From a virus (lineage: Duplodnaviria; Caudoviricetes), in the IMG/VR virus record IMGVR_UViG_3300027608_000010: a stretch of 64,000 nt of DNA; one strand, given 5' to 3'. The first letter of the stretch is position 1. Every line of letters starts with the position of its first letter. A model generated the notes under the pieces. The model saw only the letters and a program-made list of their open reading frames with translations. It made no database searches and was not told the origin of the DNA. The position numbers and the translations under genes are program-made. This document shows positions 38,058-48,019 of this stretch, one piece after another.

Positions 38058-38947
38058 AACAATACTTAGAATTACTGCAAGACATTTTAGATAACGGAGA
38101 AACAAAAGATGATAGAACTGGCGTTGGCACTATTAGTGTGTTTGGACGTAATCTTCGCTTTGATTTGCGTAGGGGTTTTCCGTCTGTCACTACCAAACGA
38201 CTCGCATGGAAAGCCTGCGTTGGAGAACTACTCTGGTTCATCGAAGGCTCGCAGGACGAGAGGCGCCTCGCGGAGATTACGCATGGCAGCAAAGAAGGCA
38301 CCGTAACAATTTGGACACCAAACGCACTTGCAAGTTATTGGAAAGACAAAGCAAAATTTGAAGGTGACTTAGGTAGAGTATACGGAGTGCAATGGCGTCA
38401 TTGGAGAAAATATGACTTGATGGACGTGTATGCTGAATCAGGCAATACTGTAGTAGATGCGGTGAGACACGACATAGACCAATTTAAAAATCTACTTGAA
38501 GGTCTACAAAAAGATCCTAACAGTCGCCGGCATATACTAAGTGCATGGAATGTAGCTGAAATGGATCAAATGGCATTACCGCCATGTCACGTAATGAGTC
38601 AATTTTATGTCAACAAAAATAAAGAACTCTCTTGTCATATGTACCAGCGTAGTGTGGATGTGTTTCTTGGCTTACCTTTTAACATTGCTAGCTATGCGTT
38701 ACTCACTCATCTAATTGCACATCATTGTGGATTGAAGGTTGGAGAACTTATTATTAGCACGGGTGATACACATATATACACGGACCACGTTGAGCAAGTA
38801 AAAGAACAATTGACCCGTGAAGAATTTATGTTGCCAACGTTGATGTTAAACTCATTAAAGAATAATATCTTTGACATGACAATGCAAGATATACATTTAG
38901 AGAATTATCAAAGTCATGGCCCTATCAAAGCAACAATGGCTGTCTGA
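38054..38947 (+). CDS. thyA: Thymidylate synthase
   Basis: 'DRTGVGT', 'YGVQWR', 'MALPPCH', 'MYQRSVDVFLGLPFNIASY', 'GDTHIY'. No intron seen. Confidence 0.97.
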   Translation: MKQYLELLQDILDNGETKDDRTGVGTISVFGRNLRFDLRRGFPSVTTKRLAWKACVGELLWFIEGSQDERRLAEITHGSKEGTVTIWTPNALASYWKDKAKFEGDLGRVYGVQWRHWRKYDLMDVYAESGNTVVDAVRHDIDQFKNLLEGLQKDPNSRRHILSAWNVAEMDQMALPPCHVMSQFYVNKNKELSCHMYQRSVDVFLGLPFNIASYALLTHLIAHHCGLKVGELIISTGDTHIYTDHVEQVKEQLTREEFMLPTLMLNSLKNNIFDMTMQDIHLENYQSHGPIKATMAV

Positions 38948-39200
38948 CGTGGATCAAAAAACAATTGAGTACACTGTCCATTCTATTAGAATGGGTGATG
39001 TAGAAGATCCTGACTTATTTGTAGCACAACCTATATATGAGTGGCAACAAACAAAAGCAGGTAAGTACGTGATGAAGAATAGCGAACCTGCACCAATGTG
39101 GGTGAGAAGTGCAGACCCGTATACGTATGGACATCTCTATACGATTAAAGCATACTTTACCCCAAAACAATTAACATATTATAAGTTGAGATTTGAATGA
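38916..39200 (+). CDS. Hypothetical protein (possibly distant member of small paralog family)
   Basis: C-terminus 'AYFTPKQLTYYKLRFE'; start uncertain. Confidence 0.55.
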   Translation: MALSKQQWLSDVDQKTIEYTVHSIRMGDVEDPDLFVAQPIYEWQQTKAGKYVMKNSEPAPMWVRSADPYTYGHLYTIKAYFTPKQLTYYKLRFE

Positions 39201-40162
39201 ACATTTTAGTAACAGGTGGATTAGGATTGATTGGTCACAATGTAGTTAAACGACTACAAGACCAAGGACATATTGTATCAATCATGGATACAAAAACAAA
39301 CTATGGAATCATACCGCAGAAAGAAATAGATTACTTAATGTATAATCGTTTAAAAAAGATAGATGAATATAAATGTGAGATTTACGACAGAGATATCTCT
39401 ATTGGTGTACATGTTGATAACATATTCTCTATTGAAGAACCTGAAATTGTAATTCACTTAGCAAGTTTTCCTAGACAGAAAGTTGTAAATGAAAATCCAG
39501 CGTTGGGTAGTCGTACTATGAGTGAGGGACTACTCAATTTACTGGAAGCCAGCGATAAATATGAAGTAAGGAAGTTTATATATATCAGTAGTTCAATGGT
39601 ATATGGAGACTTCACTGACAATGTTACAGAAGATGCCATCTGTAAACCTCAAGGACAATATGGCATTATGAAATTAGCAGGAGAATGGCTTGTTAGAGAT
39701 TATACTCGTAGAAATAATATTGTGCATACTATCATTCGGCCTAGTGCTGTATATGGACCTTTGGACGTAGAAGATAGAGTCATAAGTAAATTTTTACTTG
39801 CCGCAATGCGCGGAGACACTATCAAAGTAAACGGAGAAAAAGAAACACTAGACTTCACGTATGTAGATGATGCCGCTGATGGCATTGTTGCCGCCGCATT
39901 ATCTGATAATACAGAAAACAAGACCTACAATATTACAAAAAGTCATAGTGTGACACTATTAGAAGCCGCACGTATGGCAGTAGAATTAGCTGGTGGTGGG
40001 AATATCATTGTAGGGGATAGAGACCTTGATTTTCCTAGTAGGGGAGCATTGAATATTGATGCGGCCAGACGTGATTTTCAATTTGATCCTAAAGTTGATG
40101 TAGCTGAGGGATTCAAAATATACTATGATTGGTTAAAGGGATCTTCATACTTTAATAAATAA
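39197..40162 (+). CDS. NAD-dependent nucleotide-sugar epimerase/dehydratase
   Basis: 'VTGGLGLIG', 'SSSMVYG', 'YGIMK', 'IRPSAVYGP', 'LDFTYVDD'. Confidence 0.92.
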   Translation: MNILVTGGLGLIGHNVVKRLQDQGHIVSIMDTKTNYGIIPQKEIDYLMYNRLKKIDEYKCEIYDRDISIGVHVDNIFSIEEPEIVIHLASFPRQKVVNENPALGSRTMSEGLLNLLEASDKYEVRKFIYISSSMVYGDFTDNVTEDAICKPQGQYGIMKLAGEWLVRDYTRRNNIVHTIIRPSAVYGPLDVEDRVISKFLLAAMRGDTIKVNGEKETLDFTYVDDAADGIVAAALSDNTENKTYNITKSHSVTLLEAARMAVELAGGGNIIVGDRDLDFPSRGALNIDAARRDFQFDPKVDVAEGFKIYYDWLKGSSYFNK

Positions 40163-40166
40163 GAGT

Positions 40167-40613
40167 ATGTGGATAATATCATTTTTACCCGATTGGGTCT
40201 TTCATGCAATAACATTTGCGGGTGTACTTGGGACAGTCGCAGGCTTTGTCTTGGGCATGATTCCAGTAATCAAAACCTACATCATCCCTATTCGTGTTAT
40301 TAGTATTCTATTATTGTCTATCGGATTATACTTAGAAGGTGGATTAGCAGATTATGCTGTTTGGGAAGCTAAAGTAAAAGAAGTTGAGGCTAAGTTAGCT
40401 GAGGCTGAACTTAAGAGTGCCAAAGAAAACACAAAAATTGTAACTAAGGTAATCACAAAAACTCAGATTGTACGAACACGTGGAGAAAATATCGTAAAAT
40501 ATATCGACCGTGAAATAGTCAAGTATGATACTAAATTTGCCCCCGGTGGACAATGTGAGATTCCTAAAGATTTTATCAAAGCATTAAATGATGCCGCGGA
40601 GCAACCTAAATGA
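40167..40613 (+). CDS. Inner-membrane spanin (Rz-like)
   Basis: N-terminal TM helices, then a coiled coil and C-terminal Cys (GGQCEIP). ATAAATA at 40155. Overlaps a lipoprotein gene. Confidence 0.7.
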   Translation: MWIISFLPDWVFHAITFAGVLGTVAGFVLGMIPVIKTYIIPIRVISILLLSIGLYLEGGLADYAVWEAKVKEVEAKLAEAELKSAKENTKIVTKVITKTQIVRTRGENIVKYIDREIVKYDTKFAPGGQCEIPKDFIKALNDAAEQPK

Positions 40614-40897
40614 ATTTGCTTAAATTATTTGTATTAACAATTTGTATTATACTTGCATTCTTGGCAACAGGATGCTCAACAGTAGTTCCAGTTACTGTAA
40701 AATTCCCCGAAGCACCGGAACAACTTTTAGTAAAATGTCCTCAATTAGACAAAATAGGAGACGAGTCAAAGTTAAGCGATATAACTAAGACAATCACAAA
40801 AAATTATACCACTTACTATGAATGCGCTGTTAAAAACGATGGTTGGATAGAGTGGTATAAAATTCAAAAAGATATTTTTGATAAAGCTGGTAAGTAA
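40610..40897 (+). CDS. Outer-membrane lipoprotein spanin (Rz1-like)
   Basis: Lipobox 'LATG-C' and Pro-rich 'FPEAPEQLLVKCPQL'. Confidence 0.75.
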   Translation: MNLLKLFVLTICIILAFLATGCSTVVPVTVKFPEAPEQLLVKCPQLDKIGDESKLSDITKTITKNYTTYYECAVKNDGWIEWYKIQKDIFDKAGK

Positions 40898-41713
40898 TTA
40901 ATCAGCGTTATTTTTGCATTTAGCACGTTTGGCGTTGGTCAATGCACCGTAGTCAACTGGCCATTCTGCACCAGGTTGCAATTCATTTATATTTTTAGGG
41001 AAAGCATAAGTTACCCCTGCTTGTTTCATAATCTGTGTAATTGGTAAACGGAACTTAGTCAAATCATTCCCCAAGTTAACATAAGGTTTAGTATGTGGGA
41101 ATACCCATCCAGCAACTTGTCCTGTAGTTTGATTGATTACAATCTTATAGTAAGCATGGGGTACAATAACACCTTTACCTATAGTCAAATCACCAGCGCC
41201 ATACATAGCTCCAACGTATACTGTAAGTGGCTGGTTCAATTGCACAGCCCATCCCCTGACACTTGTTTCTAGTAATTTCCAGATTCCACGGTTTAAACTG
41301 CCGTGCTGGGGATACATGTTTGTCATTAAAAAACTTTCGTACTCTACAATTTCACTCCAGCTTAAGTCACCATCAGGAACTGCATGACCTTTATCGTATC
41401 CTGTACCAGCATAGTCATCGGGAACAGCACCACCAACTATACTTTTATCTGCAACAAATGCATTAGTACGCGGCCAACATCCTATTGCATTCTTTGGTAA
41501 TAGAGTGTATGCTACATAGACTGGAATCTTAACAGGAGCATCATATGCTACAAGATATGCTTCACGGCAGATTGGTTGCACTGTACGTGCAGTTTGTGCA
41601 AATCCATAAGGGCTATGAACTTGACATGCTTGAACGGGAAGGGGAGGACGCTGGTCCCAAGAAAAACTGCTTGCTGATGTTAGTGTTAACAGCAAGGCTA
41701 AAAATATACGCAT
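40898..41713 (-). CDS. Exported DNA/RNA non-specific endonuclease (NucA/Serratia-type, His-Me finger)
   Basis: Signal peptide, 'YDKGHAVP', 'MTNMYPQHGSLNRGIWKLLE'. AGGAGA RBS and minus-strand ATAAATA at 41736-41742. Confidence 0.9.
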   Translation of the reverse strand: MRIFLALLLTLTSASSFSWDQRPPLPVQACQVHSPYGFAQTARTVQPICREAYLVAYDAPVKIPVYVAYTLLPKNAIGCWPRTNAFVADKSIVGGAVPDDYAGTGYDKGHAVPDGDLSWSEIVEYESFLMTNMYPQHGSLNRGIWKLLETSVRGWAVQLNQPLTVYVGAMYGAGDLTIGKGVIVPHAYYKIVINQTTGQVAGWVFPHTKPYVNLGNDLTKFRLPITQIMKQAGVTYAFPKNINELQPGAEWPVDYGALTNAKRAKCKNNAD

Positions 41714-41741
41714 ACTTATCTCCTAAATATGCATATATTTA

Positions 41742-43040
41742 TCAACGATGCTTCATTATCCTACGCATGGTAGCTAAGTCATCATCACCTTCTTGTACTG
41801 GTTCTTCGCCTGTTGCAGGTGCTGCCGATGCTGCCGCCGGTGCTGCTGTAGGTGCTGTTGTAGGTGCTGTTGTAGGTGCTGCCGGTGGCTGAGATAACGT
41901 TCCAGTTGGCGCAGCCTGAGGTTTCATTGTAGCACCTACAGGTACGTTATTCATCGGAACCTTAAAAAGTTGTCCAAGTGAATTGCCATTGGCATCTAGT
42001 GGTACAGCATGATCACCTTGTTGCTGATAATTGGTGTATTTTGGTTTTACTATTGCATCTTTGGGTAGGTAATCTTTATATGTTTTAAATAAACCTTGTC
42101 TAACACCATTTGGGCTAACAGGAATAGCAGTGTCACCATCTTGTTCCCAATAGTCTATTGGTCCTATACCATTTTCATCGTCATCAACTTCATCTAATTC
42201 TTGTGTTCCGTAAGCAAGTCTACGCATTTCTTCTAATTCATAATCACCTTCTGCGAGTCCAGGTTGACCTGCATATGCATTTCCTTTACCAAAAGCTACG
42301 GATGCTTTATAAGCAGGGGCACTTGCAGTATCATTTGCTACGTCAGGCGCCGCCGCGTATGCACTTCCTTTACCAAAAGCTACGGATGCTTTATTAGGGT
42401 CACTTGCAGGACTTGCAGTAGGTGTACTAACAGGTGCTGTTGCAGTTGGAGTCTGCGCCGCCGCCGGCTGAGGAATGTTAACTGCTGTTGGGCTGTTTGG
42501 TACATTTGTAAATGCCGACACACCAGGTAGTCTGTTGGGTTGTGGCGCAACAGTGTTTCTTACATTAGTTTGAGTTTGAGCTAGTGCGGGTGCATTTGAT
42601 GCCATTGGAGGCAATTGCTTGCTCTGTATATTAGTAGGTTCGTTTGGCAACGGAACCGGTAAACTTCCGGGTTTGACATTATCGTAATCGCTAAATTTTT
42701 TACCTGAAGAATCTTTACCTAAATCAACAGGTTTGAAAATGTGGTTAGTAAATCGATTCCATACACCTTTGGCGGTGTCTAAATTATTCTGGCCATCAGT
42801 TTCACGTGCAACTGCTTGCTGTTGAGCTACAGCATCGCCCGGATATGTCTTGCCTCTGTTGCCAGGTTGATTGGACCATTCAATTTCGTTGTCGGATCTA
42901 GTTCGTAGTTTTCCACCTCCGGTATTCCATGTTTGTCCAGGAGTACCACTGCCTACTTCTCCGCGGTCTTCACCAAGAGGAACAACTGCTGTCAGTTTGT
43001 CAAGTATTGCTATATATTCTTTTACGTATTGTGAGTTCAT
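41742..43040 (-). CDS. Low-complexity Pro/Ala/Thr-rich protein, probable head-internal/cargo protein
   Basis: AAGGA RBS and late promoter favour ATG at 43040 (MNSQYVKEY). Internal duplications (KASVAFGKG.AYA twice; GD.A.P...NG twice) and 'EEMRRLAYG' / 'ATMRRIMK' motifs. Confidence 0.6.
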   Translation of the reverse strand: MNSQYVKEYIAILDKLTAVVPLGEDRGEVGSGTPGQTWNTGGGKLRTRSDNEIEWSNQPGNRGKTYPGDAVAQQQAVARETDGQNNLDTAKGVWNRFTNHIFKPVDLGKDSSGKKFSDYDNVKPGSLPVPLPNEPTNIQSKQLPPMASNAPALAQTQTNVRNTVAPQPNRLPGVSAFTNVPNSPTAVNIPQPAAAQTPTATAPVSTPTASPASDPNKASVAFGKGSAYAAAPDVANDTASAPAYKASVAFGKGNAYAGQPGLAEGDYELEEMRRLAYGTQELDEVDDDENGIGPIDYWEQDGDTAIPVSPNGVRQGLFKTYKDYLPKDAIVKPKYTNYQQQGDHAVPLDANGNSLGQLFKVPMNNVPVGATMKPQAAPTGTLSQPPAAPTTAPTTAPTAAPAAASAAPATGEEPVQEGDDDLATMRRIMKHR

Positions 43041-43062
43041 GCTGATCCTTGGAAGTATAAAG

Positions 43063-43077
43063 TATTTATGATAAATA
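43063..43077. promoter_or_regulatory. Back-to-back divergent late promoters (TATTTAT-G-ATAAATA)
   Basis: Perfect 7-1-7 palindrome between divergent genes. Confidence 0.7.
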
Positions 43078-43128
43078 CAATATTGCTTTGACTTAGTGAG
43101 CGATAAATATATTATAACGGAAAGACAC

Positions 43129-43962
43129 ATGGCTACCACACACGTGCTAGAATTAATCGATATAGGTGATTTACCCAATGACGGGACGGGCGATCCATTA
43201 CGAGTTGCCTTTCAAAAGATTAACACAAATTTTGAAAGTATCCCATTATTAAATCAGGGCGGTGCAAATCAATCAATACAGTTCAATAATGATGGACTTA
43301 GCGGTGGTACAGCAAATCTACTATATGACACACCAAATAATGCAATAAAGTTAAATACCGATATTATACCAATAACTACAAATGTAGTTGACATAGGTAG
43401 TAATACCAAAGTAATCTCTAATATTTGGCTAAACAAATTGGATTCATTTCACTTAGGAAATGTAACTATCGGTGAAATTAACAATATTCTTAACATTTTT
43501 AAAACAGGTGACAAGACTTCACAGTCAGATTTACAAGTTGGAAATATTTATGCAACAGGTGAGATCATTGCCATTGGTAATGTTACTTCTACCGGTGATA
43601 TTACTATTAACGGTGGTATTAATCTTTCTAATATATCAATTAATACAGCAAATGTAACCACAACTAGTAACACTGCTAATCAAATTGTATATCAATTGCC
43701 GCAAGTAAATTTTACAACATTGAGATTACAAATTACATCTCATAGACCTGACACCAATGATAGTCAAAGTGTATCCATGACTGTTAATAAAAGAACTGAT
43801 GGAATTCAAGCTAAACACACGGTGTTTGGTACTGTTTTTAACGGTACTCCTCTAACAAGATATAATGCAGATATTTCATTTGGTAATGTGCGAATAATGG
43901 TATCACCAATACCAAATGTAGAAATAATACATTTGGTATCTTTCCTTAACGATGTAGCATAA
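43129..43962 (+). CDS. Baseplate wedge / fibre-connector protein (T4 gp9/gp10-like N-terminus)
   Basis: 'IDIGDLPNDGTGDPLRVAFQKINTNF'. ATG 43129 is in frame with ORF-track start 43096. Confidence 0.7.
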   Translation: MATTHVLELIDIGDLPNDGTGDPLRVAFQKINTNFESIPLLNQGGANQSIQFNNDGLSGGTANLLYDTPNNAIKLNTDIIPITTNVVDIGSNTKVISNIWLNKLDSFHLGNVTIGEINNILNIFKTGDKTSQSDLQVGNIYATGEIIAIGNVTSTGDITINGGINLSNISINTANVTTTSNTANQIVYQLPQVNFTTLRLQITSHRPDTNDSQSVSMTVNKRTDGIQAKHTVFGTVFNGTPLTRYNADISFGNVRIMVSPIPNVEIIHLVSFLNDVA

Positions 43963-43963
43963 G

Positions 43964-44350
43964 ATGAGAGCAAATGAATTTATGGCTGAATCAAGCCAAA
44001 AGAAAGTTTCTAAAAGACAATCTCAATCAACCAAGGGACTGAATACATACGGTGATAGTGAACATGTTAGTGGTGATTATACTGCATATCGTTTAGGCAT
44101 GGCTGTAGCAGGTGCAAACGGAAAAGATCCACTTCAAATGCCAGCAAAAAGTTGGGTAGGTAAGAACAAGTCAACTCATCCTTATACACAGCAAGAACAA
44201 GATATGTTAAAACAAGCATACAAAGCTGTTGGTGCAGAGTATAAAGATTTAAATCACGGTGACATGAGAAGTAAAGAACTTGATGACACACATAAAACTA
44301 GCCCAATCTTAGGATTTGCAGGCTACGGCGCAAAATCTAAGAAAAAATAA
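43964..44350 (+). CDS. Basic protein, probable head-internal protein
   Basis: N-terminus 'MRANEFMAES' followed by a Lys-rich body; late cluster. Confidence 0.45.
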   Translation: MRANEFMAESSQKKVSKRQSQSTKGLNTYGDSEHVSGDYTAYRLGMAVAGANGKDPLQMPAKSWVGKNKSTHPYTQQEQDMLKQAYKAVGAEYKDLNHGDMRSKELDDTHKTSPILGFAGYGAKSKKK

Positions 44351-44397
44351 TATCAACATTTCTCTGCATAAGTAATTGATACTTTGTAGAGAGAAAT

Positions 44398-45075
44398 ATG
44401 ATCGATATTAACAAAACCCTAGATTTAATTAAATTAAAATTTTACAATGAGTGGCTCTATACAGCGCACATGAGTGAGCAGGAACTCCCTGAATACCATA
44501 GAGATTTAACAAATAAAATGGTGGAAAATTATATTGATCCACTTAACTTACCCAAAGATTCCATTATCCTAGACATGGGATGTGGTTCTGGTTATTTCTT
44601 AGATATAATGAAAGAACGAGGATATACTAATCTTACTGGTATTACACTAAGTCTAACTGAAACTAAAATTTGTAAAGATAAAGGTCATAATATTAAAAAT
44701 TATGATATGACCTGTGTACCACAAAAAGAAGGATATTATGATGAGAGTGTAGACTTTATTTTTTGTAGACAGACAATTGAACATAGTCCATATCCAATTA
44801 TTACATTAGCTGAATTCAATCGATTGCTAAAAGAAAAGGGTAAAATCTACATAGAAACTCCACAACCTGACACAGAACTTAACCACGAATATAATCCTAA
44901 CAAATATAGTGTGCTTGGAGTTAAACAATGGGATGCGTTATTAAGCCGTGCAGGATTTTCTATTACATCATCAAACACTGTTGAATTTGATGTAGACCGT
45001 TCTGACGGGACTAAACTCCGTGACAAATATATGGTCATGACAGCATATAAACGTTGTCCGTTAGATATTAAATAA
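44398..45075 (+). CDS. Class I SAM-dependent methyltransferase
   Basis: 'ILDMGCGSG', 'VDFIFCRQTIEHSPYP...EFNRLLK..G'. Confidence 0.88.
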   Translation: MIDINKTLDLIKLKFYNEWLYTAHMSEQELPEYHRDLTNKMVENYIDPLNLPKDSIILDMGCGSGYFLDIMKERGYTNLTGITLSLTETKICKDKGHNIKNYDMTCVPQKEGYYDESVDFIFCRQTIEHSPYPIITLAEFNRLLKEKGKIYIETPQPDTELNHEYNPNKYSVLGVKQWDALLSRAGFSITSSNTVEFDVDRSDGTKLRDKYMVMTAYKRCPLDIK

Positions 45076-45093
45076 TTCCTGCTAAATACATAC

Positions 45094-45375
45094 ATGACTT
45101 TTAATGTATGGACACAAGCTAAAATAATGAACGGGTTTGAGAAAATCAAATCCGTTCCTTCACGTGAAGAAAACGTTGACACAACCCTAGAAGATCTTAA
45201 AAGACTCAGCGGAATTACTACCCAAGTTCTTGGAGAAGAAAGTAATATAAGTATTACTGGAAATGAAAAGGGTCAACTAATGAAGAAACATAACATACAA
45301 CCCGGAACTCCTGAATGGTTCCAGTTATGGTTTAGTAGACCATACTTAACCGGCGAAAAGCCTGTAGGAAAATAA
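45094..45375 (+). CDS. Small late protein
   Basis: CTAAATA at 45082; 'LEDLKRLSGI' motif. Confidence 0.6.
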   Translation: MTFNVWTQAKIMNGFEKIKSVPSREENVDTTLEDLKRLSGITTQVLGEESNISITGNEKGQLMKKHNIQPGTPEWFQLWFSRPYLTGEKPVGK

Positions 45376-45376
45376 C

Positions 45377-46414
45377 ATGGCACTAAACGGAATATCAACC
45401 CTGATGATAGCAAGTGGGACTACTCTCACAAAAAATGTCAATCCACCGCATTCTAATACTGAGATTGTTGCTCCTTTCTCAGCTATTTGGAGTTTAAATT
45501 ATGTGGGTGCCTTAGGGGCAACAAATGATGTCTCATACAAATTATATGTAACATCGTTGGGAATAGGCTCCGCTATCACATTGACCAGCCATTATGGTGA
45601 TTTTTCAGTACTAGCAGGCGAATTCTTGTATGATACATATGGAGCCAGCCTTGGCATTATAAAGGGTAATACCACAATAGACAATTACATGGCAAAAGCC
45701 GCGGCTGTTTGCGGTGCATTTACTAATCCACTAATTGAAACAGTAATAAATGTCGCAACATACAAAGGCACCTGGAACGCTTTTACTAACACTCCTACAC
45801 TGACTGATGGTGTTGGCACAGAAGGTGATGCTTACGATACAACAGTTGCTGGAACCAGCGGCGCCTTTCCTGCGTATGCTGAACAAGACTGGCGCATCTA
45901 CGCTGCTGGTGTTTGGCAAAGAGTTGCTAAAACAACAACAACACAATGGACTGTAACACCAGCCACCGGTGGACTAGCAGACAAAGAGGCTAGACAGATT
46001 GCTAAACTTGACTTGGCAGAAACAAATAGAGCCGCAGTGGGAAACCCTAGAGCAACCTATGATATTACACAACTACCAACACAGTATGACGGCAGTATTA
46101 TTGTTGACAACCCAAACATCGGTGGTCTATTTCGAGGACGTCCTTGGGCGACTTCACAGGTATACACAGGCTTGATTTTTACCTATGGTCAAGCTACAAT
46201 CAGTTTTACACTAGCTGACGGAATTTTTTACAATGTCACTTGTCCGTATGGTGCTGGCGGATATCCTTTTGGGCCAGGCGTTGACCCAGTAATTATAATG
46301 CCAGGAAATCAACTCACTGGCGGAACTACACCAGCCAATGACATATATTGGGAATACACCGCAGTTGGCGGAGTAATAACTGGATTTACTTATAGATCAG
46401 GTACTCCTCCTTAA
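45377..46414 (+). CDS. Virion/fibre-like protein (putative)
   Basis: 'TYKGTWNAFTNTPTL' fibre-type motif; Gly/Thr-rich. Confidence 0.5.
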   Translation: MALNGISTLMIASGTTLTKNVNPPHSNTEIVAPFSAIWSLNYVGALGATNDVSYKLYVTSLGIGSAITLTSHYGDFSVLAGEFLYDTYGASLGIIKGNTTIDNYMAKAAAVCGAFTNPLIETVINVATYKGTWNAFTNTPTLTDGVGTEGDAYDTTVAGTSGAFPAYAEQDWRIYAAGVWQRVAKTTTTQWTVTPATGGLADKEARQIAKLDLAETNRAAVGNPRATYDITQLPTQYDGSIIVDNPNIGGLFRGRPWATSQVYTGLIFTYGQATISFTLADGIFYNVTCPYGAGGYPFGPGVDPVIIMPGNQLTGGTTPANDIYWEYTAVGGVITGFTYRSGTPP

Positions 46415-46439
46415 TTAGTGTTGAAGTAGTGCGACTTCA

Positions 46440-46446
46440 ATAAATA
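46440..46446 (+). promoter_or_regulatory. T4-type late promoter (ATAAATA)
   Basis: Lies 5 nt before ATG 46452, directly after a TTGAAGT/ACTTCAA hairpin. Confidence 0.65.
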
Positions 46447-46451
46447 AGTAT

Positions 46452-47999
46452 ATGAGTAATTCACCCACCCTAGTTAAAGACCCTTATGTTAAGACAAAGT
46501 TTAAGGACGACAAAGAACTAGACGATTTCATCAAGTGCTGTGACCCTGACACGGGTCATCTATACTTCATGGATAACTTCTTTATGATTCAACACCCTAC
46601 TAAGGGTTCAATGGTCTATCATCCTTGGGGATATCAAAAACGATTGATTGAAACATATCATCAATATCGTTTCAGTATCGCATTGATGCCGCGGCAGTCA
46701 GGTAAATCTACATCAGCCGCAGGTTATTTACTATGGTATGCAATGTTTGTTCCAGACAGTACGATTCTTATTGCGGCTCACAAATACACAGGTGCTCAGG
46801 AAATTATGCAACGTATACGTTACGCATATGAAAATTGTCCTGATCACATCAAAGCAGGTGTAACAACATATAACAAAGGCTCATTAGACTTTGAAAACGG
46901 CAGTCGTATTGTATCAGCAACAACTACTGAAAATACTGGTCGTGGTATGTCTATCACATTATTATACTTAGACGAGTTTGCATTCGTGCGCCCAAGTATT
47001 GCAAAAGAGTTTTGGACTGCTATTACTCCTACATTGTCAACTGGTGGTAAAGCAATTATTACTAGTACACCCAATAGTGATGAGGATCAATTTGCTTTCA
47101 TCTGGAAAGGCGCAAACAAAACAGAAGATGAGTTTGGTAATAAGACTGAGATAGGTGTAAACGGATTCAGAGCATATCAAGCACATTGGAGTGAACAGCC
47201 CGGACGTGATGATAAATGGGCCGGGGAAATGAAAGCACAACTCGGTGAAGATAGATTCCGCCGAGAGATTGGTTGCGAATTTTTAATTGCTGATGAGACA
47301 TTGATTAATCCTAACACACTGATTGATTTAAAGGGCAATGAACCAACACATCGTATTGGACAGATTCGTTGGTACAAGCGTCCTGAGAAGGGTAATGTTT
47401 ATGCTGTAGGATTAGATCCAAGTCTTGGTACAGGTAGTGACCCATCAGCTATTCAAATCTTTGAAGCAAACACAACAACTCAGATTGGTGAGTGGAAACA
47501 TAACCGTACTGATATTCCAAGTCAGATTAAATTGTTAGCACAGATTAACAGATACATTGTTGAATGTACTAATGAACCAAACAGTATCTACTACAGTATT
47601 GAGAATAATACAATTGGTGAGGCTGCATTGATTTCACTACATGAGTTTGGTGAAAGTAATATACCGGGTATCTTTATCTCTGAGCCCGGAAAAAAGCGCA
47701 AAGGCTTTAACACCACACAGAAATCTAAATTGGCTGCTTGTGCTAAGTTTAAGACATTACTAGAGAGTAAAAAAATGACCATCAACAGTCATAGTCTAAT
47801 CAGTGAATTAAAAGCATTTGTAGCCCATGGTGGAAGCTATGCGGCTAAGATCGGAGATACTGATGACTTGGTCATGGCCTCATTATTATCAGTCAGAGTA
47901 ATGCAACAATTAAGTGAATATCATGTAGATTTAGACAATCATTTACGTGACCATGAAGAATTTATATCTCCATTGCCCTTCTTTGCGGTGATAAGTTAA
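46452..47999 (+). CDS. 17: Terminase large subunit (T4 gp17-like)
   Basis: Walker A 'PRQSGKST', Walker B 'LYLDEFAF', 'ITSTPN', nuclease 'GLDPSLG', 'TDDLVMA'. Confidence 0.96.
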   Translation: MSNSPTLVKDPYVKTKFKDDKELDDFIKCCDPDTGHLYFMDNFFMIQHPTKGSMVYHPWGYQKRLIETYHQYRFSIALMPRQSGKSTSAAGYLLWYAMFVPDSTILIAAHKYTGAQEIMQRIRYAYENCPDHIKAGVTTYNKGSLDFENGSRIVSATTTENTGRGMSITLLYLDEFAFVRPSIAKEFWTAITPTLSTGGKAIITSTPNSDEDQFAFIWKGANKTEDEFGNKTEIGVNGFRAYQAHWSEQPGRDDKWAGEMKAQLGEDRFRREIGCEFLIADETLINPNTLIDLKGNEPTHRIGQIRWYKRPEKGNVYAVGLDPSLGTGSDPSAIQIFEANTTTQIGEWKHNRTDIPSQIKLLAQINRYIVECTNEPNSIYYSIENNTIGEAALISLHEFGESNIPGIFISEPGKKRKGFNTTQKSKLAACAKFKTLLESKKMTINSHSLISELKAFVAHGGSYAAKIGDTDDLVMASLLSVRVMQQLSEYHVDLDNHLRDHEEFISPLPFFAVIS

Positions 48000-48008
48000 C
48001 TTATATTG

Positions 48009-48015
48009 ATAAATA
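48009..48015 (+). promoter_or_regulatory. T4-type late promoter (ATAAATA)
   Basis: 4 nt before ATG 48020. Confidence 0.65.
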
Positions 48016-48019
48016 CACT

